A DNA stretch of 64,000 bases, taken from contig CM075997.1 of the NCBI GenBank assembly GCA_038087875.1, positions 7,752,001 to 7,816,000 of the forward strand, given 5' to 3'. Every line of letters starts with the position of its first letter. Positions within the stretch are counted from its first letter, which is position 1. Origin of the DNA: Malacoraja senta (lineage: Eukaryota). The notes under the pieces are model-generated. The model saw nothing but the letters and a program-made list of their open reading frames with translations. It had not been told where the DNA came from and searched no databases. Both the position numbers and the translations under genes were made by a program. Below, piece by piece: positions 12,267 through 23,800 of the stretch.

Positions 12267-15200
12267 ATAGAAACATAGAAAATAGGTGCAGGAGGAGGCC
12301 ATTCGGCCCTTCGAGCCAGCACCGCCATTCATTGTGATCATGGCTGATCATCCCCTATCAATAACCCGTGCCTGCCTTCTCCCCATATCCCTTGACTCCA
12401 CTACCCCCTCGAGCTCTATCTAACTCTCTCTTAAATCCATCCAGTGATTTGGCCACTGCCCTCTGTGGCAGGGAATTCCATGAATCCTCAGTCTTAAATG
12501 ACCTCCCCTTTATTCTAAGACTGAGGCCCCTGGTTCTGGACTCGCCCAACATTGGGAACATTTTTCCTGCATCTAGCTTGTCCAGTCCTTTTATAATTTT
12601 ATATGTTTCTATAAGATCCCCCCTCATCCTTCTAAACTCCAGTGAATACAAGCCTAGTCTTTTCAATCTTTCCTCACATGACAGTCCCGCCATCCCAGGG
12701 ATCAATCTCGTGAACCTACGCTGCACTGCCTCAATCACAAGGATGTCCTTCCTCAAATTAGGAGACCAAAACTGTACGCAATACTCCACATGTGGTCTCA
12801 CCAGAGCCCTATACAACTGCAGAAGAACCTCTTTACTCCTATACTGAAATCGTCTTGTTATGAAGACCAATATTCCAATAGCTTTCTTCACTGCCTACTG
12901 TACCTGCATGCCAACTTTCAGTGACCGATGTACAAGGACACCCAGATCTCGCTGCACCTCCCCCTTACCTAACCTAACCCCATTGAGATAATAATCTGCC
13001 CCCTTGTTTTTGCAGCCAAAGTGGATAACCTCACATTTATCTACATTATACTGCATCTGCCACGCATCTTCCCACTCACTCAACCTGTCCAGGTCACCCT
13101 GCAACCTCCTAACATCCTCTTCACAGTTCACACAGCCACCCAGCTTTGTTTCATCCGCAAACTTGCTAGTGTTGCTCCTAATTCCCTCTTCCAAATCATT
13201 AATATATATGGTAAACAGTTGCGGCCCCAACACCGAGCCTTGCGGCACTCCACTCGCCACTGCCTGACATTCTGAAAAGGACCCGTTCACTCCTACTCTT
13301 TGCTTCCGGTCTGCCAACCAATTTTCTATCCATGTCAACACCGTACCCCCAATACCAGGTGCTCTAACTTTAGTCACCAGTCTCCCATGCGGGACCTTAT
13401 CAAAGGCTTTCTGAAAGTCTAGATACACTACATCCACTGGCACCCCTTCATCCATTTTACTTCTCACATCCTCAAAAAATTCCAGAAGATTAGTTAAGCA
13501 TGATTTCCCTTTCATAAATCCATGTTGACTTGGAATAATCTTTTTACTGCTATCCAAATGCCCCGTTATTACCTCTTTAATAATTCACTCCAGCATCTTT
13601 CGCACCAGCGAAGTCAGGCTAACTGGTCTGTAATTCCCCGTTTTCTATCTCGCTCCTTTCTTGAAAAGTGGGATAACATTAGCTATCCTCTAATCCGCAG
13701 GAACTAATCCTGAATCTATTGAACACTGGAAAATGATCACCAATGCGTCCACTATTTCTAGAGCCACCTCCCTGAGGACCCTGGGATGCAGACCGTCAGG
13801 TCCAGGGGATTTTTATCATCCTTCAGTCCCATTAGCGCACGCAATACAATTTCTCGCCTAATGCAAATTTATTTCAGTTCCTCTACCCCCTTAGATATTC
13901 TGTCCACCAGTACATCTAGGAGATTGTTTGTGTCTTCCTTAGTAAAGACAGATCCGAAGTACCTATTCAACTCATCTGCCATATCCTTGTTGCCCATAAT
14001 TATTTCACCCGTGTCTGCCTTTAATGCATTTGACTTTGCTACTCTTTTTCCCTTAACAAATCTAATGAAGCTTTTACTGTCCTTCTTTATATTCCTGGCC
14101 ATCTTCCCCTCGTACTTCATCTTTTCAGCCCGTATTGCCCGTTTTGTTTCCTTCTGTTGTCCTATGAAAGTTTCCCAATCCTCTGGCTTCCGGCTACTCT
14201 TTGCTGTGTTATACATTTTTTCTTTTAGTTTTATTCTATCGCTAACTTCTCTTGTCAGCCACGGTTGCCTTCTACTCCCCTTGGAATCTTTCTTCCTATT
14301 TGGAATAAAATGATCCCGTGCCTCCCGGATTATGCCCAGAAATTCCTGCCATTGCTGTTCCACCGTCATTCCTGCTAGGATCCCTTTCCAGTCTACTTTG
14401 GCCAGCTCCCCTCTCATGCCTCCATAGTCCCCTTTATTCAACTGCATCACTGCCACTTCCGATTTAACGTTCTCCTTCTCAAATTATAGATTAAAACTAA
14501 TCATATTATGATCACTACCTCCAAGCGGTTCCTTTACCTCGAGTTCTCTAATCATATCTGCTTCATTGGACAACACTAAATCCAGAATTGCCTTTTCTCT
14601 GGTCGGCTCCATTACCAGCTGCTCTAAGAATCCATCTCGGAGGCATTCTACAAACTCTCTTTCTTGGGTCTTGAACCAACCTGCTTTTCCCAGTATACCA
14701 CCATATTGAAACCCCCCATCACCACAGTGGCATTACCGTTGTTACAAGCCAATTTTAACTCCTGCTGCAAATTACACCCTACATCCGGACTACTATTTGG
14801 GGGTCTGTAAATAACACCAATTAGTGTCTTCTTGCCTTTACAATTCCTCAACTCTATCCACAGTGACTCTACCTCGTCAGTCCCTATGTCTTCCCTCGCA
14901 AGGGACTGTATTCCATCCCTCTCCAGCAGAGCGCCACCCCCTCCTCTGCCCACCTGCCTGACCTTTCTATAGGACGTATAACCCTGAATATTAAGTTCCC
15001 AGCCCCGACCCTCCTGCAGCCACGTCTCAGTAATCCCCACAATGTCAAATCTTCCAACCTCTAACTGAACCTCAAGCTCATCTACTTTACTTCTTATACT
15101 TCGCGCATTCATATACAATACTTTTCATTCCTTACGCATCTCACCTGTCACATCGATCCCTATTACACTTGACCATACTCTCCTATCCCTTTATGAGCTT

Positions 15201-15711
15201 CCTTTCCCGTTAATTCTGGGGTGATCAACCATCCCTTTACTCTTTCCCTTTAACTCCATCCTCGACTATCCCATTTGACACCCCTCCACCCTTATTACGT
15301 TTAAAACCACCGTGTAGCAGTGGCAAACCTGCCTGCCAGAATGCTGGTCCCCCACCTTTTAAGATGCAATCCTTCCCTTTTGTACAGTTCCCCCTTACTC
15401 CAAAACAGATCCCAGTGATCTAAAAATCTAAATCCCTGCCCCCTGCACCAGTTCCTCAGCCACACATTCAGGTCCCGTATCTCCCTGTTCCTGCTTTCGC
15501 CAGCACGAGGAACTGGAAGCAAACCGGAGATAACAACCCTGGAGGTCCTGCTTGTCAGCATTTTTCCGAGCTCTCTAAAGTCACGCTGCAGAATATTCAT
15601 CCCCTTCTTTCCGACATCGTTTGTGCCGACATGCACTACCAATTCCGGCTGTTCACCTTCGCCCTTGAGGATTTTCTGCACTCTGTCCGTGACATCCTGG
15701 ATCCTGGCACT
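12267..15711 (-). mobile_element. CR1 LINE, second subfamily, including the 3' part of ORF1
   Basis: Tail catagaaacatagaaaat at 12267. Broken ORF2 (ORFs 14648..15118, 13869..14456, 12895..13557, 12358..12891). Closely related to the copy at 60648-64000. Confidence 0.95.
15301..15711 (-). pseudogene. CR1 ORF1 SGNH/GDSL-esterase domain (partial)
   Basis: ARIQDV..VVHVGTND..ISGLLPVPRA..GLHL, matching blocks II, III and V of the esterase known from CR1 ORF1p. Confidence 0.87.
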
Positions 15712-15914
15712 CTGTGGTTTGGTCTCATCTCGTTTTCTCACCCATTCTTGTCTTTTAGGCGATTGTCTAAACATACCACCGAGGTCTCCAATCTTCTGAA
15801 TCTAATGGAATCCTATCGGGGAAAATATCCTTTTCAAATCTCAAGCCTTTGGCCTTGGCCTTTGCTCGTAGACGTTACGCCATAAAGTATGCAACTTCCA
15901 GGCTTACAAATTGT

Positions 15915-16220
15915 GCGGCACGGTGGTGCAGCAGCATAGTTGCTGCCTTACAGCGCTTGCAGTGCCGGAGACCCGGGTTCGATCCCGACTACGGGTGCTA
16001 TCTGTACGGAGCTTGTACATTCTCCCCGTGACCTGCGGGGGTTTTCTCTAAGATCTTTGGTATCTTCCCACACTCCAAAGGTTTGTAGGTTAATTGGCTT
16101 GGTATAAATGTAATTTATCCCTAGTGTGTATTGGTTGGTGTTAATGTGCGGGGTGGTGCGGACTCAGTGGGCCGAAGTTCCTGTTTCCGCGCTGTATTTC
16201 TGAACTAAACTAAACTAAAC
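15915..16220 (+). mobile_element. tRNA-derived V-domain SINE (HE1/SacSINE-like)
   Basis: A-box-like ggtggtgcagc, B-box gggttcgatccc, V domain gtacattctccccgtgacctgcg..ccacactccaaag, and a (TAAAC)n tail. Confidence 0.85.
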
Positions 16221-16624
16221 TGTTTTCTTCAGCTTCTCCCCATCCCAAATGACAAGGGTGCATAAATATTTGTTCTGCTCATTTCCAAGCATCTCCATAA
16301 GATTGTAAGTCACAGGAGCAGAATACTTCAACTACCTTCTCGAGCAGCTCATTCCACATATCCACCTCCCTCTGGGTGAAACATTTGTCCTTTGGGTTCC
16401 CATTAAATCTTCTCCCTCTCAGCTATGTCCTCTGGTTCTTGATTCCCCCTCCCTAGGTGAAAGATTCTGTGCATCATCCTATCTCATCCAATGAACTCCA
16501 TGACCATAAGACACAGGAGCAGAATTTAGACAGTCAGCCCATCAAGTCTACTCCGCCGTTCATTCGCGGCAGATCTATTTTTCACTCTCAACCTCATTCT
16601 CCCGTTTTCTCTCCATCACCTTTG

Positions 16625-17060
16625 CACAGTGGCACAGCGGCAGAGTTGCTGCCTTAGAGCGTCAGAGACCCAGATTCAATCACGACGAAAGATGCTGTCT
16701 GTAAGGAGTTTGTACGTTCACCCTGTGACCACGTGGGTTTTTCTAGGTGCTTTGGTTTCCTCCCACACTCCAAAGACATAGGGTTAGTAGGTTAATTGGC
16801 TTTGTCAAAATTGTAAATTGTCCCTGGTGTGTAGGATAGTGCTAGTACTTGGGGATCATGACAGGTCTTCTCCTGGCGATCCCCGGAAATGGACGACACA
16901 ATGCATTTTGTGACGCAGTCGGTGACCAATTCTGTCAACGTGTTGGGAGACAGCAGCGTCGTCTGACACACGAACGAACGAACGAATGAGTGTACGGGGT
17001 GATCGTTGGTTGGCGGGGATGCGGTGTGCCGTAGGGCCTGTTTCCGTGCTGCATTTCTTA
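16625..17060 (+). mobile_element. V-domain SINE with a ~130-bp internal insertion
   Basis: Same head and V domain as the 15915 copy. Unrelated sequence at ~16862-16995 is bracketed by a repeated GGG(T)GATC. Confidence 0.75.
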
Positions 17061-17074
17061 TGTATGTAGCCCTA

Positions 17075-17585
17075 CAAATCAAGAACCTATCAATCTCTGC
17101 TTTAAAAATACTCAATGACGGCCTCCACAGCCGTCTGTGGCAATGAATCTCACACTCACCACTCTCGTGCTGAAGAAATTCCTTCACATCATAATTCTAA
17201 AGGTACATCCTCTTATTCTGAGGCTCTGCCCTCTGGTTATAGACTCTCCCACTGGTGGATTCATCCTTTCCACATCCACTCTGTTTAGGCCTTTCATTAA
17301 CCGGTAAGTTTCAATAACATCACTTTTTCTTGTTGACCTGTTACGCGTAAACTCACTGGACCCCTTTTCATCTTTTACATGCCCGTGTAGTCAAAGGATA
17401 CTTGGGAGGAAGAATGTGGTGCCTATGATAGGACATGGAACAGTACAGCACAGCAACAGGCCCGTCGGTCCACAATGTCTGTGATGGACATAATGCCAAG
17501 ACAAACTAATCTCATCCGCCTGCACGTGATCCATCCTCCATTATTCCCTGCATATCCAAGTGCCAATCCGAAAGCCTCTTAAACA
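17075..17585 (-). mobile_element. Old CR1 3' fragments (two pieces, ~17075-17320 and ~17430-17585)
   Basis: Similar to the CR1 3' region (ccgtctgtggcaatgaa..ctgaagaaattcc; gaacagtacagcacag..caggccc). Confidence 0.6.
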
Positions 17586-17744
17586 AGCAACATTATGTCC
17601 TCTCATGATATTGTCTCTGTATAGTAATCAATGAAAATATAGCAATTGATTGAAGCAGCATTAAAACTAAAGTTAACTTACTTTGCCCGCCACAACCGAT
17701 TTCCAGCTTGTCTATCTATCATTTTACATTATATTCAGTGTCTT

Positions 17745-18300
17745 GTGTACAAGTTAGGAAGTCATGTTGCAGTTGTATACGATGTTGGTGAGACAGCATC
17801 TAGATTATTGTGTTCAGTTCTGGGCACCATGTTATAGGAAAGATATTGTCAAGCGAAAGGGTTCAGAAAAGATTTACGAGGATGTTGCCATGACTAGAGG
17901 ATGTGAGCTGTAGGTTCAGGTTGAGTAGCCCGGGTCTCTAATCCATGCAACGTAGGCGGATGAGCTGGAGATCTTATAAAGGTAGACAAAATCATGAGAT
18001 GATTAGATCGCGTAGACGCACAGAGCCTTTTACCTAGTGAAGGGTAATCGAGGATCAGAGCACATAGGTTCAATGTGAAGGGGATACGATTTAATAGGAA
18101 TCCGAGGGTGGGTGTATGGAACAAACTGCCAGAGGAGGAAGTTGAGGCTGGGACTATCCAAACATGTAAGATACAGATAGGATAGGACAGGTTTAGAGGG
18201 ATATGGACAAAGCACAGGCAAGTGGGACTAGGGCAGCTGGGACATTGTTGGCCTGCCTGGGTGAGTTGGGTCTGTTTCCACACTGTATCACTCTAAGACT
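17745..18300 (+). mobile_element. Old CR1 3' fragment
   Basis: Degenerate [16 protein letters not shown] segment and the 3' UTR ggaacaaactgccagaggagg. Confidence 0.75.
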
Positions 18301-18321
18301 CTCCAGGGATGTTTCTAAGTG

Positions 18322-18515
18322 CAAATATACACATAATTCTGGAGTAACTCAGCGGGACAGGCAGCATCTCTGGAGAGAAGGAATGAGTGACGCTTCGGGT
18401 CAAGACCCTTCTTCAGACCGGAGGCGTTTCTTCTCTCCAGACATGCTGCCTGTCCCGCTGAGTTACTCCACCGTTTTGTGTCGATCTGCAGTGTAAACCA
18501 GCATCTGCAGTTCCT
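18322..18515. mobile_element. Penelope pseudo-LTR-derived palindromic relic
   Basis: ggagtaactcagcgggacaggcagcatctctggagagaag (18341-18380) is inverted at 18430-18469 and flanks a hammerhead-like motif. Homologous to the Penelope 3' ends at 6830-6896 and 43068-43170. Confidence 0.75.
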
Positions 18516-18648
18516 TTTGAATACATGTTTATAAGTGATATTGTTCAATTATTAGATTTACCATTCCTGAAAGTTGACCCTCTTCAATTTATGAAACCTC
18601 TGATGTCAATGGGAGATATATTTTTTAAGTTGTTGTTCTGATTGTCAG

Positions 18649-19265
18649 AGAACGTGGATATAACCATATAACCATATAACCATAACAGCACGGAAACAGG
18701 CCATCTCGGCCGTTCAAGTCCGTGCCGAACATTTTTTTTAATTCTTTTTTTTTTTTTTTTAATTAAAAATAAATACTTCCCCCTAGTCCTATCTAACTGC
18801 ACTCAGACCATAACCCTCCATTCCTTTCCCGTCCATATACCCATCCAATCTATTTTTAAAGGATAACATCGAACCTGCCTCCACCACTTCCACTGGAAGC
18901 TCATTCCACACAGCTACCACTCTCTGAGTAAAGAAGTTCCCCCTAATGTTCCCCCTAAACTTCTGTCCCTTAATTCTCAAGTCATGTCCCCTTGTTTGAA
19001 TCTTCCCTACTCTCAATGGGAAAAGCTTATCCACGTCCATTCTGTCTAACCCGCTCATAATTTTAAAGACCTCTATCAAGTCCCCTCTTAACCTTCTGCG
19101 CTCCAAAGAGTAAAGACCTAACTTGTTCAACCTTTCTCTGTAACTTAGTTGCTGAAACCCAGGCAACATTCTAGTAAATCTCCTCTGTACAGACAAACCT
19201 GGCTCTGGTGATAGGTACCCACTCATGGCGGGAGCAGTTTATGCAGGCCATTACAGACAGCGCTG
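18649..19265 (+). pseudogene. slc8a2: Disrupted exon of a Na+/Ca2+ exchanger (SLC8A/NCX, SLC8A2-like)
   Basis: 19193-19264 translates TNLALVIGTHSWREQFMQAITDSA and is followed by a phase-1 GTAAG donor at 19266. As I recall, NCX2 reads NTVDKLIKKTNLALVIGTHSWREQFLEAITVSAG. The 5' stub after an acceptor (attgtcag|agaacGTGGATa = V-D) is at 18649-18660. A CR1 sits between the two halves. Paralog assignment is from memory. Confidence 0.85.
18661..19190 (-). mobile_element. CR1 3' fragment (third subfamily, (CATATAAC)n tail) inside the SLC8A exon
   Basis: QRRFTRMLPGFQQLSYRERL..NFFTQRVV.VWNELP. Near-identical to 40495-41035. Confidence 0.93.
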
Positions 19266-20149
19266 GTAAGATAACACTTTAGATTTTCTCCCGCAGCATC
19301 AGAGCAATTTTTCCAATGGAAATTCTGACAATTTGCAGGTATTGCTATGCCAAGTTAATTCCATCCATGTGGACTGCTTTAAATCAACGCTGTAAGATGC
19401 TTTCAAATGTACTCAAGAAATATCTGATTAGTCAGTGAGCTAGAAAAATGCCAGCAACAATGAACACGTTGTTTGCTTTGCCTCTTCCTATTTTCATAGC
19501 AACACATACAGTATATTAGGTTTAAGGTGAACAGGCAAGATATAAGGGACATCTTTTTCCCTCAGAGTATATGCAGGGCCGGATTTACGTATAAGCCAGA
19601 CAAGCTTAAGCTTAGGGCCTCGAGATCTAGGGGGGCCTCGCAGAGCCGGATTCACCACTAGGATTCATAGGCTGAAGCCTAGGGCCTCGAAATCTATGCG
19701 GCCTCCGGCCAAGGCAGGACACCTGCCATTCAACTCTGGGCAGGCCCCCCTCTCTATCTCTCTCTGTCTGTCACTCTCCATCTCCGCCCGTCATTCGTAT
19801 CCGTGTCCGGGCCGCCGGGTCTCCTCTTCGCGCTCGCTCCTCATCCGCCAGCACGGCAGGCCGCCTTGCACATGTGTACTGCTACGGTCAGCACATCCTC
19901 CCCCTTGCACATGCGCACAACCACGGCCAGCACATCATCGGCCGCCCTGCGCGTGCACTCTGCCACGGCAACTGGTTGGCGTTGGGCACTTTTTCCCTCG
20001 CTTTGAATTGTGGGAGAGCTGGCCGCTGTTGCTGTCTGGTCGCCGCCTCGCCGGGACCGCTGAAAACCAACGCAGAATCACTCCCCGACACTGGTTCTGG
20101 AATACCTGCCTGGAGTAACTCTTGCTTCTGGTTTCCTGGTCCTCCATAA

Positions 20150-20385
20150 ATATTCTAAATGGAATTTGAACTGGAGGTGGTGGTGGGCTGAACAGTAACA
20201 GCCTATTGGATTGTATCTGTTTATTTATTGTGTATATATATGGTCTATGGTATATAAACACACTGAACTTTTATCTCCTGTTCTGTATTATGTTTACATA
20301 TTCGGTTGTGCTGCAGCAAGCAATAATTTCATTGTCGTACCTGGGACACATGACAATAAAACTCTTGACTCTTGACTTGGACTTA
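20150..20385 (+). mobile_element. 3' tail of a Rex1/Babar-like LINE
   Basis: gctgcagcaag..aatttcattg..atgacaataaa followed by (CTCTTGA)n. An inverted copy lies at 20686-20836. Confidence 0.55.
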
Positions 20386-20685
20386 AGCAAAAAAAGGTTC
20401 TTGGGGAAAAAAGTGGTACCTTAAATTTAGTTGCGTCTGGTTGGGTAACTATGGTAGGTTGAAGATTATTCCATGCTTGAATTGTGCGGGGGAACTCCAT
20501 GTAGCAACTCGGGATAGAAGACATTGGGTGACGTTTCGGGTAGAGACCCCTCTTTAGACTCCCTCTGGTTTTAGTGTTTTTAGTTTAATTTAAAGATACA
20601 GCGTGGAAACAGGCCGTTCGGCCCACCGAGTCCACGCCGACCACCGATCACCCGTACACTATTTCTATCCCACAGTAGTGGAGTA

Positions 20686-20836
20686 AGTCAAGAGTCAAGA
20701 GTGTTTTATTCTCTCACGTCCCAGTTAGAATAATGCAATCCTTACTTGCAGCAGCACAACAGAATATGTAAACATAGTACTCAGTAAACAATGTTATAAA
20801 CGAGAAAACAAAACGGTGTATATTTATATATGAATA
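20686..20836 (-). mobile_element. Second copy of the same Rex1/Babar-like 3' tail, directly flanking the Helitron array
   Basis: agtcaagagtcaagagtgttttatt..cttacttgcagcagcacaacagaatatgtaaacata is the reverse complement of 20290-20375. Confidence 0.55.
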
Positions 20837-23800
20837 CTAGACCAAGTGCAGACCCGTTGGGTCTGGTCCCCGAAAGTGCTTGACACCCCGGGGTGTTTTT
20901 CCCGAACGTGCTTCAGACCCCGGGGTGAAAATGGTCGAAAAAAAGATGGCGTCGTTTTCGGAAAAAATCGGAGAAAATCGGCGAAAAAAAGATGGCGTCG
21001 TTCTCGAAGAAAATCGGGGGAAAAAAGATGGCGTCATTTTCGGAGAAAATCGGAGACAATCGGAGAAAATCACATGGGGGTGGGGGGGGGATGGATTTTA
21101 TTTTAAAACGTGTACATAAACAGGACCGAATTTAATCAGGAGTGGCTATTCGTAAACATAAATGTCATCTCTTTGGAAATGGTAAAAAAAAATGGGCCTT
21201 TCCGCGCGCTGTGTGGGCCAGGGTCGGTATCAAAGGCGGCACAGGTCAAGCAGAACGTTGGACGTACGGACGTACAGGCGTACAGACGGACGACAGCCAG
21301 AGAGTTTTAAAAGTATACTAGACCAAGTGCAGACCCGTTGGGTCTGGTCCCCGAAAGTGCTTGACACCCCGAGGTGTTGTTCCCGAACGTGCTTCAGACC
21401 CCGGGGTGAAAATGTGCTGAAAAAAAGATGGCGTCGTTTTTGGAAAAAATCGGAGAAAATCGGCGAAAAAAAGATGGCGTCGTGTTCGGAGAAAATCGGA
21501 GACAATCGGAGAAAATCACATTGGGGTTGGGGGGGGATGGATTTTATTAAAAAAACGTGTACATAAACAGGACCGAATTTAATCAGGAGTGGCTATTCGT
21601 AAAGATAAATGTCATCTGTTTGGAAATGGCGAAAAACGTGGGCCTTTCCGCGCGCCGTGTGGGCCAGGGGCCGTATCAAAGGCCGCGCGGCAAAGTCAAG
21701 CAGGCCGTCGGACATACAGACGGACGACAGCCAGAGAGTTTTAAAAGTATACTAGACCAAGTGCAGACCCGTTGGGTCTGGTCCCCGAAAGTGCTTGACA
21801 CCCCGGGGTGTTGTTCCCGAACGTGCTTCAGACCCCGGGGTGAAAATGTGCTGAAAAAAAGATGGCGTCGTTTTCGGAAAAAATCGGAGAAAATCGGCGA
21901 AAAAAAGATGGCGTCGTTTTCGGAGAAAATCGGCGAAAAAAAGATGGCGTCGTTTTTTGAGAAAATGGGAGAAAATCAAATTGGGGTTGGTGGGGGGATG
22001 GATGACACCCCGGGGTGTTGTCCCCGAACGTGCTTCAGATCCCTGGGTGAAAATCGGGGGAAAAAAGATGGCGTCGTTTTTGGAAAAAATCGGGGAAAAA
22101 AAGATGGCGTCGTTTTCGGAGAAAATCGGAGACAATCGGAGAAAATCACATTGGGGTTGGGGGGGGATGGATTTTATTTTAAAAAACGTGTACATAAACA
22201 GGACCGAATTTAATCAGAAGTGGCTATTCGTAAAGATAAATGTCATCTCTTTGGAAATGGCGAAAAACGTGGGCCTTTCCGCGCACCGTGCGGGCCAGGG
22301 GCCGTATCAAAGGCCGCGCGGCAAAGTCAAGCACGCCGTCGGACGTACAGACGGACGACAGCCAGAGAGTTTTAAAAGTATACTAGACCAAGTGCAGACC
22401 CGTTGGGTCTGGTCCCCAAAAGTGCTTGACACCCCGGGGTGTTGTTCCCGAACGTGCTTCAGACCCCGGGGTGAAAATGTGCTGAAAAAAAGATGGCGTC
22501 CTTTTTGGAAAAAATCTGAGAAAATCGGCGAAAAAAAGATGGCGTCGTTTTCGGAGAAAATCGGGGGAAAAAAGATGGCGTCGTTTTCGGAGAAAATCGG
22601 ATACAATCGGAGAAAATGACATTGGGGTTGGGGGGGGATGGATTTTATTTTAAAAAAGTGTACATAAACAGGACCGAATTTAATCAGGAGTGGCTATTCG
22701 TAAAGATAAATGTCATCTCTTTGGAAATGGTGAAAAAGGTGCGCCTTTCCACGCGCCGTGTGGGCCAGGGGCCATATCAAAGGCCGCGCGGCAAAGTAAA
22801 GCAGACCGTCGGACGTACAGACGGACGACAGCCAGAGAGTTTTAAAAGTATATAGACTAGACCAAGTGCAGACCCGTTGGGTCTGGTCCCCGAAAGTGCT
22901 TGACACCCCGGGGTGTTTTTCCCGAACGTGCTTCTGACCCCGGGGTGAAAATGGTGGAAAAAAAGATGGCGTCGTTTTCGGAAAAAATCGGAGAAAATCG
23001 GCGAAAAAAAGATGGCGTCGTTCTCGGAGAAAATCGGGGGAAAAAAGATGGCGTCATTTTTGGAGAAAATCGGAGACAATCGGAGAAAATCACATGGGGG
23101 TGGGGGGGGGATGGATTTTATTAAAAAACGTGTACATAAACAGGACCGAATTTAATCAGGAGTGGCTATTCGTAAAGATAAATGTCATCTCTTTGGAAAT
23201 GGTAAAAAAAAAATGGGCCTTTCCGCGCGCTGTGTGGGCCAGGGTCGGTATCAAAGGCGGCACAGGTCAAGCAGAACGTTGGACGTACGGACGTACAGAC
23301 GTACAGACGGACGACAGCCAGAGAGTTTTAAAAGTATACTAGACCAAGTGCAGACCCGTTGGGTCTGGTCCCCGAAAGTGCTTGACACCCCGGGGTGTTG
23401 TTCCCGAACGTGCTTCAGACCCCGGGGTGAAAATGTGCTGAAAAAAAGATGGCGTCGTTTTCGGAAAAAATCGGAGAAAATCGGCGAAAAAAAGATGGCG
23501 TCGTTTTCGGAGAAAATCGGGGAAAAAAAGATAGCGTCGTTTTCGGAGAAAATCGGAGACAATCGGAGAAGATCACATTGGGGTTGGGGGGGGATGGATT
23601 TTATTAAAAAAACGTGTACATAAACAGGACCGAATTTAATCAGGAGTGGCTATTCGTAAAGATAAATGTCATCTCTTTGGAAATGGCGAAAAATGTGGGC
23701 CTTTCCGCGCGCCGTGTGGGCCAGGGGCCGTATCAAAGGCCGCGCGGCAAAGTCAAGCAGACCGTCGGACGTACAGACGGACGACAGCCAGAGAGTTTTA

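Noticed and set aside
15759..15885. Possible host exon after the pyrimidine tract ttcttgtcttttag
   Set aside because: The translation is not NCX-like or otherwise recognisable, and there is no clear donor site.
15915..15995. tRNA gene
   Set aside because: The A/B-box-like head is followed by a V domain and a repeat tail, and recurs in several copies. It is a SINE head, not a cloverleaf tRNA.
20866..20920. Hammerhead ribozyme in the Helitron unit (minus strand CUGAAGC..GGAAA..ACACCCCGGGGUGUC)
   Set aside because: The core reads CUGAAGC rather than CUGANGA, helix II is not convincing, and GAAA is GAAC in most units. Only the ACACCCCGGGGTGT palindrome is real.
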